Shown here: positions 48,961 to 57,439 of the stretch, piece by piece
Numbering within the stretch: position 1 is the first letter of the stretch
How the letters are laid out: every line of letters starts with the position of its first letter
DNA from: Acidobacteriota bacterium
GTDB lineage: Bacteria; Acidobacteriota; Blastocatellia; RBC074
Assembly (NCBI GenBank): GCA_031414155.1
Contig: JANNUY010000037.1
Span: forward strand, 1-59,622
Direction of reading: 5' to 3'
DNA length: 59,622 bases
Notes under the pieces: generated by a model
Databases searched by the model: none
Told to the model about the DNA's origin: nothing
What the model saw: only the letters and a program-made list of their open reading frames with translations
Made by a program: the position numbers and the translations under genes

Positions 48961-51657
48961 TCATCGGCTTCCGCGTTCAACCGCATAAAGCCGCCACTCA
49001 CCTAAATGCCCCAGCATTTGCGCGCCGTGTTCGGCGAAATTCAGCCCTGAGCCTGCCACCAAATCTTTTACGGTATTCGACACCAGCACTTCATTGGGCG
49101 CAGCGTGCGAGGCGATTTGTTCGGCGAGTTCGACCGCCGTGCCGGCGGCGTGGTCGGGGAAGACTGAGCATTCGCCGGTGTGCAATCCGGCTTGCAGCTT
49201 TAGCCCCAAGCGTCGCGCGGAATCGCTGATCGCACAGGCAGCGCGAACGGCACGGGCGGGGCCATCAAACAACGCTACGACGCGGTCGCCCGCGACGGTG
49301 AGGGCACGGCCTTTGAACATTTCGATTTCGCGGGCGGCGTGCGATTGGTGGCGCGCGAGTTGTTCGCGCCAACGCGGATCGTCGAAGCGACTGATATTGG
49401 TGGCGGAACCTACGGCGCGCGTGATGAGGACGGTGGCAAGTACGCGGTCGGCTTCGGTGGCGTGGCGTACGCCGGTCAGGAACTCTTCGATTTCGTCGAG
49501 CAAGGTTTCCTGATCGCCGACAAAAGGCAGGTGATCGTTGCCGGGCAGTTCGACGAATTTCGCGCCGGGGATTTGTTCGGCGAGATAGTGGCCTTCTTCT
49601 ACGCGCAAAGTTTGGTCGCCGGTGCGATGCAAGACGAGCGTGGGTACGCGAATGCTTGAGAGGATGGGGCGCACGTCAATTTCCGCGTTCATGCGGGTGA
49701 GCGCGAGCGCCGCGCCGGGACTGGCTCCCATACGCAAATAGGTCGCCCACCAGTCACGAAACGCTGGGTCTTCGGCGAGGCTGGGCGCGCGAGTGTCTAT
49801 GCCTACGGGGCCGCCCCAATCGTGGCGTAGTTCCTCAAAGAAATGTTCGCGCTGTTCTTCGGTCGGGCCCCACGGATAATCTTCTGACCGCAGCCTGCGC
49901 GCGTAGCTGCCAATCATCACCAGCGCCGCAGTCTTTTCGGGGTACGTTGCCGAAAACAAGCAACTCATCGGGCCGCCTTCTGACACGCCGCACAGCACGG
50001 CGCGCTCTGAACCTACGGCGTCCATCACGGCGCGTACGTCGTCCATGCGCTGCTCTAACGTAGGCAGTTCGTTGAGCGGTACGCGGTCAGACAGGCCCGT
50101 GCCGCGCTTGTCGAACAGGATCACGCGCGCGAACGAAGCCAGCCGATTCAAGAATTTCGCAAAGGTCGGTTCCTTCCAAAACCATTCGAGGTGCGAAACC
50201 CAGCCCATCACGAATACGAGGTCGAGCGGGCCTTCACCGATGACTTGATAGGCGATGTTTACGTCGCCGCTGAGCGTGTAACGGACTTCGGGAATCAGAT
50301 AGTTTTCGCGGCTCTGATAGACCGGCGTTGAGGCAGGCGTAGGGAGCGGCATTTCGCTCAAACGCGCTTGCAGTTCGATTTCCTGTTGCAGTTGTTTGAG
50401 GTCGAGTTGCAGGTCTTTGATGGTTTGATAGCGTTCTTCGCGGTCTTTGCGCAATGCCTTGCTCACGATGCGTTCGAGTTCGGCGGGGCTGCCGGGCAGC
50501 AAGTGAATCAAGCGCGGCGGTTCGTGCTCGAGAATGGCAGCCATCACGTCGCTCGCCGTAGCGCCGTCGAAAGGCGTGCGTCCAAGCAGCATTTCGTAAA
50601 GCACGATGCCGAGGCTGAAGATGTCGCTGCGGCTATCGCAATCAAGGCCACGTGCCTGTTCGGGCGACATGTAATTCACCGTACCCATCACCGTGCCGGG
50701 GTCGGTGTGAACGGCTGACAAACCTTTGCCAATTTCTTTAGTTGTCTTAGCTAGCCCAAAATCCAGCACCTTAACGTAACCGTCCGGCCTGACCATGATA
50801 TTTTCGGGTTTGATGTCGCGGTGAACGACGCCTGCGTGGTGGGCGGCGTCAAGCGCGGCGGCGACTTGCCCGGCGAGTTGCAAGGCTTGCGCAAGTTTCA
50901 TACGGCCTTGCGCAAGGCGTTGGCGCAGCGTGTGGCCTTCGATGAACTCGGTCGCCATGAAATGAATGCCGCCGATGGTGCCGACTTCGTGAATGGTGAC
51001 GATGTTGGGATGGTTGAGCGCGCTCGCGGCTTTAGCCTCGTGGCGAAAGCGTTTGAGCCATATCTGGTTTTGCGTGAATTCGCGCGAGAGCAGTTTCAAC
51101 GCGACGCGGCGTTCGAGTTGCGTGTCGTGCGCGGCGTATACCTCACCCATGCCGCCGACGCCGATGCGCGAGACGATTTCGTAACGACCGAGTTTCGTGC
51201 CGTTTTGAATTGCGCCAAGCGGAGCCGTCGCGGGTTCTTCGTCTGGAGCAATCGTTGCCTGCAATGCTTGCCGATGTTGCGCGGCAAGCGTGAGATAAGC
51301 CTTCGTCGGTTGGTGCTGAATCTTTTTGACTGCGACTGCAAACCGGTAACCGCGCTTGGGAACGGTTTCGATGAATTGCCCGCCGCCGGGTTTTTCGCCC
51401 AGCACCTTGCGCAACATTGAAATATGTTGGGCGAGATTGGCTTCTTCGACAAAGGTGTCGGGCCAGATCAGCTCCATCAATTCCTCTTTGGTCATGATGT
51501 GCCCACTGTTTTCAACCAGAACAATTAGCGTGTGGAAGGCTTTAGGCGTGAGATTGATGATCGCGTCTTCGCGCCACAGGATGCGTTCGGTGGGATCGAG
51601 ACGATAGGGGACAAATTCATAAACGGTCATCACTCGTTCTTGGGCTTGTTTCGACAT
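48961..51657 (-). CDS. Four-domain signalling protein: OmpR/CadC-type winged-helix DNA-binding + Ser/Thr protein kinase + alpha/beta hydrolase + degenerate class III nucleotidyl cyclase
   Basis: The ORF begins at TTG 51672. ATG 51657 has GGAG 10 nt upstream. wHTH (51334-51624: LTPKAFHTL...ETVPKRGYRF). Kinase (50413-51186: GVGGMGEVY, ALK, HRDIKPEN, DFG, SPE). Hydrolase (49468-50283: GVSEGG, GNDH). Cyclase-like (48979-49446: RVLATVLITRAVGSA...AGD...GLHTGE...GTAVELAEQ). Confidence 0.85.
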   Translation of the reverse strand: MSKQAQERVMTVYEFVPYRLDPTERILWREDAIINLTPKAFHTLIVLVENSGHIMTKEELMELIWPDTFVEEANLAQHISMLRKVLGEKPGGGQFIETVPKRGYRFAVAVKKIQHQPTKAYLTLAAQHRQALQATIAPDEEPATAPLGAIQNGTKLGRYEIVSRIGVGGMGEVYAAHDTQLERRVALKLLSREFTQNQIWLKRFRHEAKAASALNHPNIVTIHEVGTIGGIHFMATEFIEGHTLRQRLAQGRMKLAQALQLAGQVAAALDAAHHAGVVHRDIKPENIMVRPDGYVKVLDFGLAKTTKEIGKGLSAVHTDPGTVMGTVNYMSPEQARGLDCDSRSDIFSLGIVLYEMLLGRTPFDGATASDVMAAILEHEPPRLIHLLPGSPAELERIVSKALRKDREERYQTIKDLQLDLKQLQQEIELQARLSEMPLPTPASTPVYQSRENYLIPEVRYTLSGDVNIAYQVIGEGPLDLVFVMGWVSHLEWFWKEPTFAKFLNRLASFARVILFDKRGTGLSDRVPLNELPTLEQRMDDVRAVMDAVGSERAVLCGVSEGGPMSCLFSATYPEKTAALVMIGSYARRLRSEDYPWGPTEEQREHFFEELRHDWGGPVGIDTRAPSLAEDPAFRDWWATYLRMGASPGAALALTRMNAEIDVRPILSSIRVPTLVLHRTGDQTLRVEEGHYLAEQIPGAKFVELPGNDHLPFVGDQETLLDEIEEFLTGVRHATEADRVLATVLITRAVGSATNISRFDDPRWREQLARHQSHAAREIEMFKGRALTVAGDRVVALFDGPARAVRAACAISDSARRLGLKLQAGLHTGECSVFPDHAAGTAVELAEQIASHAAPNEVLVSNTVKDLVAGSGLNFAEHGAQMLGHLGEWRLYAVERGSR

Positions 51658-51985
51658 TTCGGGAGACTCCAAACACTACGCGGGGGATCGTCAAGTCACT
51701 TTGTTACTTTGAAAAAGACATTTCGCCACAGCCGTCCGCAAAAGTCTTGAGCAGGCAATGCCATAAGAAAAATATTTTTGCTCTATTCAAAGGACTTACC
51801 CTCTTTCAAAACTCTTTCATAATAAATTCAACGCCAGCCTAAGACTTCAACAGCCGTTTTTCTTACTTTGCCGTCCGTACAAACAATACATCTGCGCGGA
51901 ACCTGAAAACCCCTGATGAGTGATTTGGCTCTGGTCGAGTCCTCACTCGTCTTTATGCAAAACAACGCCAGGAGGAAGTGAAATT

Positions 51986-54253
51986 ATGAACACCAAAATG
52001 CTCAAGCTGTTTTTATGCTTGGCAACCGGAGCAGGCGTAGGCTTGATGGCTTATCAACAAATGCCGCTGGCGAATCCCACCGCCACCGCGCAAGCCAGCG
52101 CCGTCGGGCCTACGCAATCAAGTCCGATTGCCGTGTCATCCAACGGACGTTTCGTTTGGGTCGCCAACCCTGACGCCGATTCGGTGTCGGTGATTGACGC
52201 CACCAACGACGCCAATCAGAAGGTCGCCGAAATTGCCGTCGGCGATGAACCCAACAATCTGGCGCTTTCTGCCGCCGGACGCGTTTATGTCGCCAACACG
52301 ATTACCGGTACGGTGTCGGTGATTGATGCGGCGTCGCGCGAAATCATTGCTTCGATTGCGGTCGGCACCGAACCTTACGGCCTGGCGCTCACGCCCAACG
52401 GCAAGAAGCTCTATGTCGTGAACGCGCGCTCAAACGATATTTCAGTGATTGACACTGCGACGAACGGCGCGATTCGTACCATCACCGGCGTCGGCACCGA
52501 ACCGCGCGGCATCGCCATCACGAGTGACGGTGACGCCGACGACAACGACGAAAAAGTTTATGTGGCGGAATTCAATTCCGTAGACATTCCCGGCAAAATC
52601 ATCGGCGCGGATGATTACAAAGAAGGCCGCGTCACCGTGATTGCTTCGGGCAGCGATCAGGTAATCGGACAAGCCGTATTGCCGCCGATGGATAACGTAG
52701 GCTTCAACTCGAACGGTTCAGCGCTCAAGCGTATCGCCGCGACCAATCCGGCGACGTTTACCGTTGCGACCGGCGCTTCTCCGAATTCGCTGAACGCGCT
52801 CGCCATCAAAGGCACTCGCGTTTATCTGCCGAATAACGCGGCTTCAGCGGATGGCCCCGTGCGTTTCAACGTGAACGTGCAATCGTTCTTGAACGTGATT
52901 GATGTTGCCACCGACAAAGAAGGCATCGCCGACGGCAAACCGCAATCCATCAACATGAATCGCGGCATCAACTTTGAACCAGCCAGCGCGCAAAAACTTT
53001 TCTTAGGCATGCCGTGGCATCTGGCCTTTGAACGCAACAGCAACGAAGGCTGGGTCGTGGCTTCGGCGGCGAACATTCTCGTCAAAGTTGTGCTCGACGC
53101 GAACGGTACGCCGACGATCAACCCGCCCGCAGCGGCGGGTGCAGCGAGCGGCATCGTTCGCATCGCCACCGGACAAAAACCAATTGGCGTGGCGATCAGT
53201 CCTGACGATGCGCGCGCTTACGTCGCCAACGAAGTCTCGCGCGACGTGACCGTTATTGACCTCAACACCAACCAAGTCATCACCACGGTCAGCACGGCTG
53301 CGTTGCCGAAAACCGGTACGCTTGAAGCGACGGTGCAATATGGCAAAGGCATTTTTTATAGTTCAGCTGCTGTGAATCTGCCTACGCTCGGCCCCGTCAT
53401 TCCCGTGGGCCGCCTCTCAAACGAAGGCTGGAGCGGTTGCGTCTCGTGTCACGCGAACGGATTCACCGATCAAGTGGTGTGGATTTTTGGCGCTGGCCCG
53501 CGGCGCAGCGTACCGTTGCACGCGACCTTCAATCCAAAAGACCCGACCGACCAGAAGATTCTGAATTACTCAGCGATCTTCGACGAAGTGCAGGATTTTG
53601 AGAACAACATTCGCGGCGTTTCGGGCGGACTCGGACTCATCACATTGGCTGACGGCGTGACACCTGACCCAACGCTGAACGCTTTCCCGCTGCCCAACAC
53701 CGGACGCAACGCTTCGCTTGATGCGTTGGCGACGTTTATCGCACGCGGCATTCGCGCACCGATTTCGCCCGCGCGTCGTGTTTCTGCGACCAGTCGTGAA
53801 GGTCGTGAAATTCAGTTGGGACGACAGCTTTTTGCGCAAGCGGGTTGCGTGAATTGCCACGGCGGCGGCGGTTGGTCGCTCGCGCGGCGCAATTACGTGC
53901 CGCCTCCGGCAGCGGCTGATGTCGTCAATGCGCAAATCATCGGCTTGTTGCGGCAGGTGGGTACGTTCGACCCGGCGAACGTGAATGAGATTCGCCAAAA
54001 CGGTGCCGCACCGCTGGGTGCTGATGGTTACGCCGCGCCTTCATTATTTGGCGCGTGGGCGATGGGGCCGCTGTTGCACAACGGTTCGGCGATCACGATT
54101 GATGACATTCTCGACAACGTGACGCATCGTCGCGCCGGACAAAACCGCTTCCAGGCCGACCCGTTGAACAACGCCGCCAATCGCGAGGCGCTCATCAAGT
54201 TCCTCAAATCCATTGACGCTTCGACGACGCCGTTTAACGTCGGTTTCAATTAA
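51986..54253 (+). CDS. Secreted YVTN/YncE-like beta-propeller fused to a diheme cytochrome c peroxidase (CCP/MauG)-like domain
   Basis: Start moved to ATG 51986 (GGAGGA at 51971). Signal peptide present. Repeated V.V.N....VSVID......I.VG.EP.G[LI]A motifs. CVSCH at 53438-53452 and CVNCH at 53846-53860 are 136 aa apart. A PSL...GPLLHNGS..T[IL] motif follows the second heme. Confidence 0.8.
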   Translation: MNTKMLKLFLCLATGAGVGLMAYQQMPLANPTATAQASAVGPTQSSPIAVSSNGRFVWVANPDADSVSVIDATNDANQKVAEIAVGDEPNNLALSAAGRVYVANTITGTVSVIDAASREIIASIAVGTEPYGLALTPNGKKLYVVNARSNDISVIDTATNGAIRTITGVGTEPRGIAITSDGDADDNDEKVYVAEFNSVDIPGKIIGADDYKEGRVTVIASGSDQVIGQAVLPPMDNVGFNSNGSALKRIAATNPATFTVATGASPNSLNALAIKGTRVYLPNNAASADGPVRFNVNVQSFLNVIDVATDKEGIADGKPQSINMNRGINFEPASAQKLFLGMPWHLAFERNSNEGWVVASAANILVKVVLDANGTPTINPPAAAGAASGIVRIATGQKPIGVAISPDDARAYVANEVSRDVTVIDLNTNQVITTVSTAALPKTGTLEATVQYGKGIFYSSAAVNLPTLGPVIPVGRLSNEGWSGCVSCHANGFTDQVVWIFGAGPRRSVPLHATFNPKDPTDQKILNYSAIFDEVQDFENNIRGVSGGLGLITLADGVTPDPTLNAFPLPNTGRNASLDALATFIARGIRAPISPARRVSATSREGREIQLGRQLFAQAGCVNCHGGGGWSLARRNYVPPPAAADVVNAQIIGLLRQVGTFDPANVNEIRQNGAAPLGADGYAAPSLFGAWAMGPLLHNGSAITIDDILDNVTHRRAGQNRFQADPLNNAANREALIKFLKSIDASTTPFNVGFN

Positions 54254-54417
54254 CCCCACAGACCGCGCCAATCGCCTTTGTTCCCCACAAACAAAGAGCG
54301 GTTGGCGTCGTCATCACTTTAGCCGAACGTTTTTGGCGTGACGGCTAAACTCGCAAAGCGAAGCTCCGACCAACCGCGCAGGAAGGGCTTCGCTTTTGCG
54401 GCTTTTAGATAACGATC

Positions 54418-54837
54418 TTAGTGCGTCCAGTCTTCAATTGGTAAATTTGGTATCAGGCTGAAGTCTTTATAGTTGCGTGTCAGCTGAATGGTGTTATGCG
54501 CCAAGGCAATCGCGGCTATACGACGATCTTGTGTATCCATGCGCGGCCTTTGCTGTCGCAATGATTGATCAATCGTTTCGGCTTCCTCATCGAAAGCAAG
54601 AATCGGCAACAGGTTCAGATCGTGGATGGTTTCGCGCAATTGGCGATAGGCAGTTACGCAAAGCGGCCCTTTCGGAAACTTGCGCACCTGCAAAAAACGG
54701 CCACGTAATTGTTCTTCGGCGGTGATGATTGAAATTGCTAGCAGGCTTGGGTCGGTGGCGGATAAGCGGGCAGTGAGCGTTGGATGTCCGCGTTGAAAGA
54801 GGCTGAGATGATCGGTGTCGAGTACGTAACGAATCAT
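54418..54837 (-). CDS. vapC: PIN-domain toxin (VapC family)
   Basis: MIRYVLDTDHLS...ITAEE...DRRIAAIAL...LTRNYKDF carries the conserved PIN acidic residues. ATGA overlap with the upstream antitoxin gene. Confidence 0.85.
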   Translation of the reverse strand: MIRYVLDTDHLSLFQRGHPTLTARLSATDPSLLAISIITAEEQLRGRFLQVRKFPKGPLCVTAYRQLRETIHDLNLLPILAFDEEAETIDQSLRQQRPRMDTQDRRIAAIALAHNTIQLTRNYKDFSLIPNLPIEDWTH

Positions 54838-55163
54838 GGCATTGCGGTGGTTGACGCAGTTGGTTGACTAGCTTCTGCTTCGTTCAACTCTTGCCGGTAA
54901 GCAGACATATTCGCTTGGAAGTCGTCCCACAAAGGATCGTCCTGATATTTGCCCGCCAGCTTGAGCCACGGATTTTCTGTAGATTCGTTTTCCAGTTCCA
55001 CCGTAATGACCTTTCCTTGCGCCAGTCGCTGGCGTAACGCGGCTTTGACGTTGCCGACGGCCTCGTCTTCGGTGTGGCCTTCTGCCATGCAATCAGCCAA
55101 GCCTAGGACGATTGCCTGATAGCCATTTTGCGGTTGCGGTTGCACAAAGATTTGATAACTCAT
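54834..55163 (-). CDS. Putative antitoxin, HicB/UPF0150-like fold (109 aa)
   Basis: Start moved to ATG 55163 (MSYQIFVQPQPQNGYQAIVLGLADCMAEGHTEDEAVGNVKAAL...). The position and 4-nt overlap with vapC support the call. Confidence 0.65.
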   Translation of the reverse strand: MSYQIFVQPQPQNGYQAIVLGLADCMAEGHTEDEAVGNVKAALRQRLAQGKVITVELENESTENPWLKLAGKYQDDPLWDDFQANMSAYRQELNEAEASQPTASTTAMP

Positions 55164-55248
55164 TCTGTCACCCGCCGCGCATTCTATGGACTTTGCCCTA
55201 CGCCCGCAATTGCGCATCGTATTTCGGCTTGTTAGTTTTTCCCGCGCT

Positions 55249-55959
55249 ATGCAACCCGTCATTCAATCACTAACCTTGCTTTGCCTGTTCGCGTTTACCG
55301 CCCTTGCGCAAACGCCGCAGGAAGCCGACCGTCTGTTCACGCAAGGCGAAGACTCAAACAAAGATATTCAGGCTTTGGGCATCGCCACGCGCGCGTTGCA
55401 GTCTGATGCGAACAACTATCAGTGGCTGTGGCGCGCGGCGCGCGGGCACTATTACGCGGGCGATGCGGCGAAAGGCGCCGATCGTTTGAAAAATTATCAA
55501 GCGGGCATCAGTTATGGTTTGCGCGCTACAACGGTGGAACCGAATGCCGCCGAAGGCCACTTCTGGCTGGGCGCGAGTTACGGCGGCGTTGGCGAAGAGA
55601 AAGGCGGCGTCAAGGCGTTGGGCATCGTTAAGAAAGTACGCGCCGAAATGGAAACCGTCTTGCGCCTCAATGATCGTTATGCCGAAGGCGGCGCTTATCT
55701 CGCGCTCGGCGAACTCGACCGACAAGTGCCGCGCTTGTTCGGCGGGAATCTCACGCGCGCGATCACGCGATTGGAAACCGGCGTCAAACTCATTCCGCCC
55801 AACCTCGAATTGAAATACTCGCTGGCAGAGGCTTACCGCGACGCCGGACGCAAAGACGACGCACGGCGCACGCTTAACGAAATCATCAGCGGCACGGCGC
55901 GCAAGGCTTCTGAGCGCGATCTGCAAACCAAAGCGCGCAAACTTATCACTCAACTGTAA
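55249..55959 (+). CDS. Secreted TPR-like helical repeat protein (hypothetical)
   Basis: The ORF starts at 55186. M22 (55249) gives a clean signal peptide, MQPVIQSLTLLCLFAFTALAQ, and leaves room for divergent promoters. The rest is helical repeat-like. Confidence 0.5.
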   Translation: MQPVIQSLTLLCLFAFTALAQTPQEADRLFTQGEDSNKDIQALGIATRALQSDANNYQWLWRAARGHYYAGDAAKGADRLKNYQAGISYGLRATTVEPNAAEGHFWLGASYGGVGEEKGGVKALGIVKKVRAEMETVLRLNDRYAEGGAYLALGELDRQVPRLFGGNLTRAITRLETGVKLIPPNLELKYSLAEAYRDAGRKDDARRTLNEIISGTARKASERDLQTKARKLITQL

Positions 55960-55963
55960 CCAC

Positions 55964-56812
55964 ATGGCTTATCTCAACGACGCACAATTGCAGCAATACC
56001 AACGTGACGGCTTTCTCGTGTTGAAGGATTTCGCCACCGCCGCACAATGCGACGCGTTGCGCCAGCGCGCGCGCGAAATCGTCGCGGCTTTCGACCCCAC
56101 CGAAGCCGTTTCTGTTTTCTCGACAGATGAACAAACACAACAAGCCGACGAATACTTTATGGCTTCGGGCGATCAGATCAGATGCTTTTTTGAAGAAGAA
56201 GCCTTTGACGAACGCGGCCAGTTGCGCCAAGCCAAAGAACTTTCGATCAATAAAATCGGCCACGCCTTACATGAACTCGATCCGTTGTTTGAAGCGTTTT
56301 CGCAACAAGCAGCGTTGCGCGAACTGGCGCAGGACTTGGGTTACGTTGATCCGCGTTTGCTGCAATCCACTTACATCTTCAAACAGCCCGGCATCGGCGG
56401 CGAAGTCGTCTGCCATCAAGACGCTACGTTTTTGCTGACCGAACCGATGAGCGTGACTGGTTTCTGGTTCGCGCTCGAACCCGCCACGATTGAGAACGGC
56501 TGCTTGCGCGTCTTGCCCGGCGGACACCGACAAGGCTTAAAAAAACTGTGGCTTCGCAACGAAGCCAATCAGATGCACTTTGAAACGCTGGATGAAACCG
56601 CTTGTGCTGAAGACGCGCTCGTTCCGCTTGAGGTCGAGACCGGCACGATGATTATGTTCGATGGATTGTTGCCGCATCGCAGCTACGCCAATCGTTCGCC
56701 GCGTTCGCGGCACGCTTACACTTTGCACTTGATCGAAGGCACGGCAAAGTATTTGGAAAGCAACTGGCTGCAACGCGCCAAGCCCGCACCGACTTTCACG
56801 GAGTCCGCGTGA
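55964..56812 (+). CDS. Phytanoyl-CoA dioxygenase (PhyH) family Fe(II)/2-oxoglutarate oxygenase
   Basis: LNDAQLQQYQRDGFLVLKDF N-terminus. HQD (H-x-D) iron motif and a distal LLPHRSYANRS motif. Confidence 0.8.
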   Translation: MAYLNDAQLQQYQRDGFLVLKDFATAAQCDALRQRAREIVAAFDPTEAVSVFSTDEQTQQADEYFMASGDQIRCFFEEEAFDERGQLRQAKELSINKIGHALHELDPLFEAFSQQAALRELAQDLGYVDPRLLQSTYIFKQPGIGGEVVCHQDATFLLTEPMSVTGFWFALEPATIENGCLRVLPGGHRQGLKKLWLRNEANQMHFETLDETACAEDALVPLEVETGTMIMFDGLLPHRSYANRSPRSRHAYTLHLIEGTAKYLESNWLQRAKPAPTFTESA

Positions 56813-57327
56813 TGGAAATCAAGCTGCGCACTTGCATGCTGCGATATTGGCGACGCGGCGACGAAGCGTCGCTGGTGCGCCACGCCAACAATTACGACAT
56901 TTGGCGTAACCTTCGTGATCGCTTTCCGCACCCATACACGCACGAAGACGCACGCGAGTGGATTGACCACACGCTCAACGAAGACCCGCCCGTCAACCTC
57001 GCCATCACGGTCAATCACGAAGCCATCGGCGGCATTGGCATCATTCCCGGCAGCGACATTCATCATCGTTCGGCGGAAATCGGTTATTGGCTCGGCGAAG
57101 AATTTTGGGGACGCGGCATCGCCACCGAAGCCGTCAAAGCCGCCAGCCAGTGGGCGGTTGATAACTATGACTTGAACCGTTTGTGGGCAGGCGTGTTTGA
57201 ACACAACGCGGCTTCGGCGCGCGTGCTGGTCAAGGCGGGTTACCAGTTTGAAGCGCGTTTACGTCAAGCGGTCACCAAAGAAAGCCGCGCGCTCGATGAA
57301 CTGATTTACGCATTGGTGCGCGAATAA
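56812..57327 (+). CDS. GNAT N-acetyltransferase (RimJ/RimL-like)
   Basis: ATG 56812 overlaps the PhyH TGA by 1 nt. EIGYWLGEEFWGRGIATEAVKA...L.RLWAGVFEHNAASARVLVKAGYQFEARLR is a typical GNAT A/B motif. Confidence 0.85.
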   Translation: MEIKLRTCMLRYWRRGDEASLVRHANNYDIWRNLRDRFPHPYTHEDAREWIDHTLNEDPPVNLAITVNHEAIGGIGIIPGSDIHHRSAEIGYWLGEEFWGRGIATEAVKAASQWAVDNYDLNRLWAGVFEHNAASARVLVKAGYQFEARLRQAVTKESRALDELIYALVRE

Positions 57328-57439
57328 TATTTATTGGACAAGGCTTGCTTACCGTTCGGTCAGTAGCTTATATGATGGAGTTTCACACGCATTTATCAAT
57401 TCACGTAATTCAACCAATTTTCACTAGGAGCTGGCAGCA

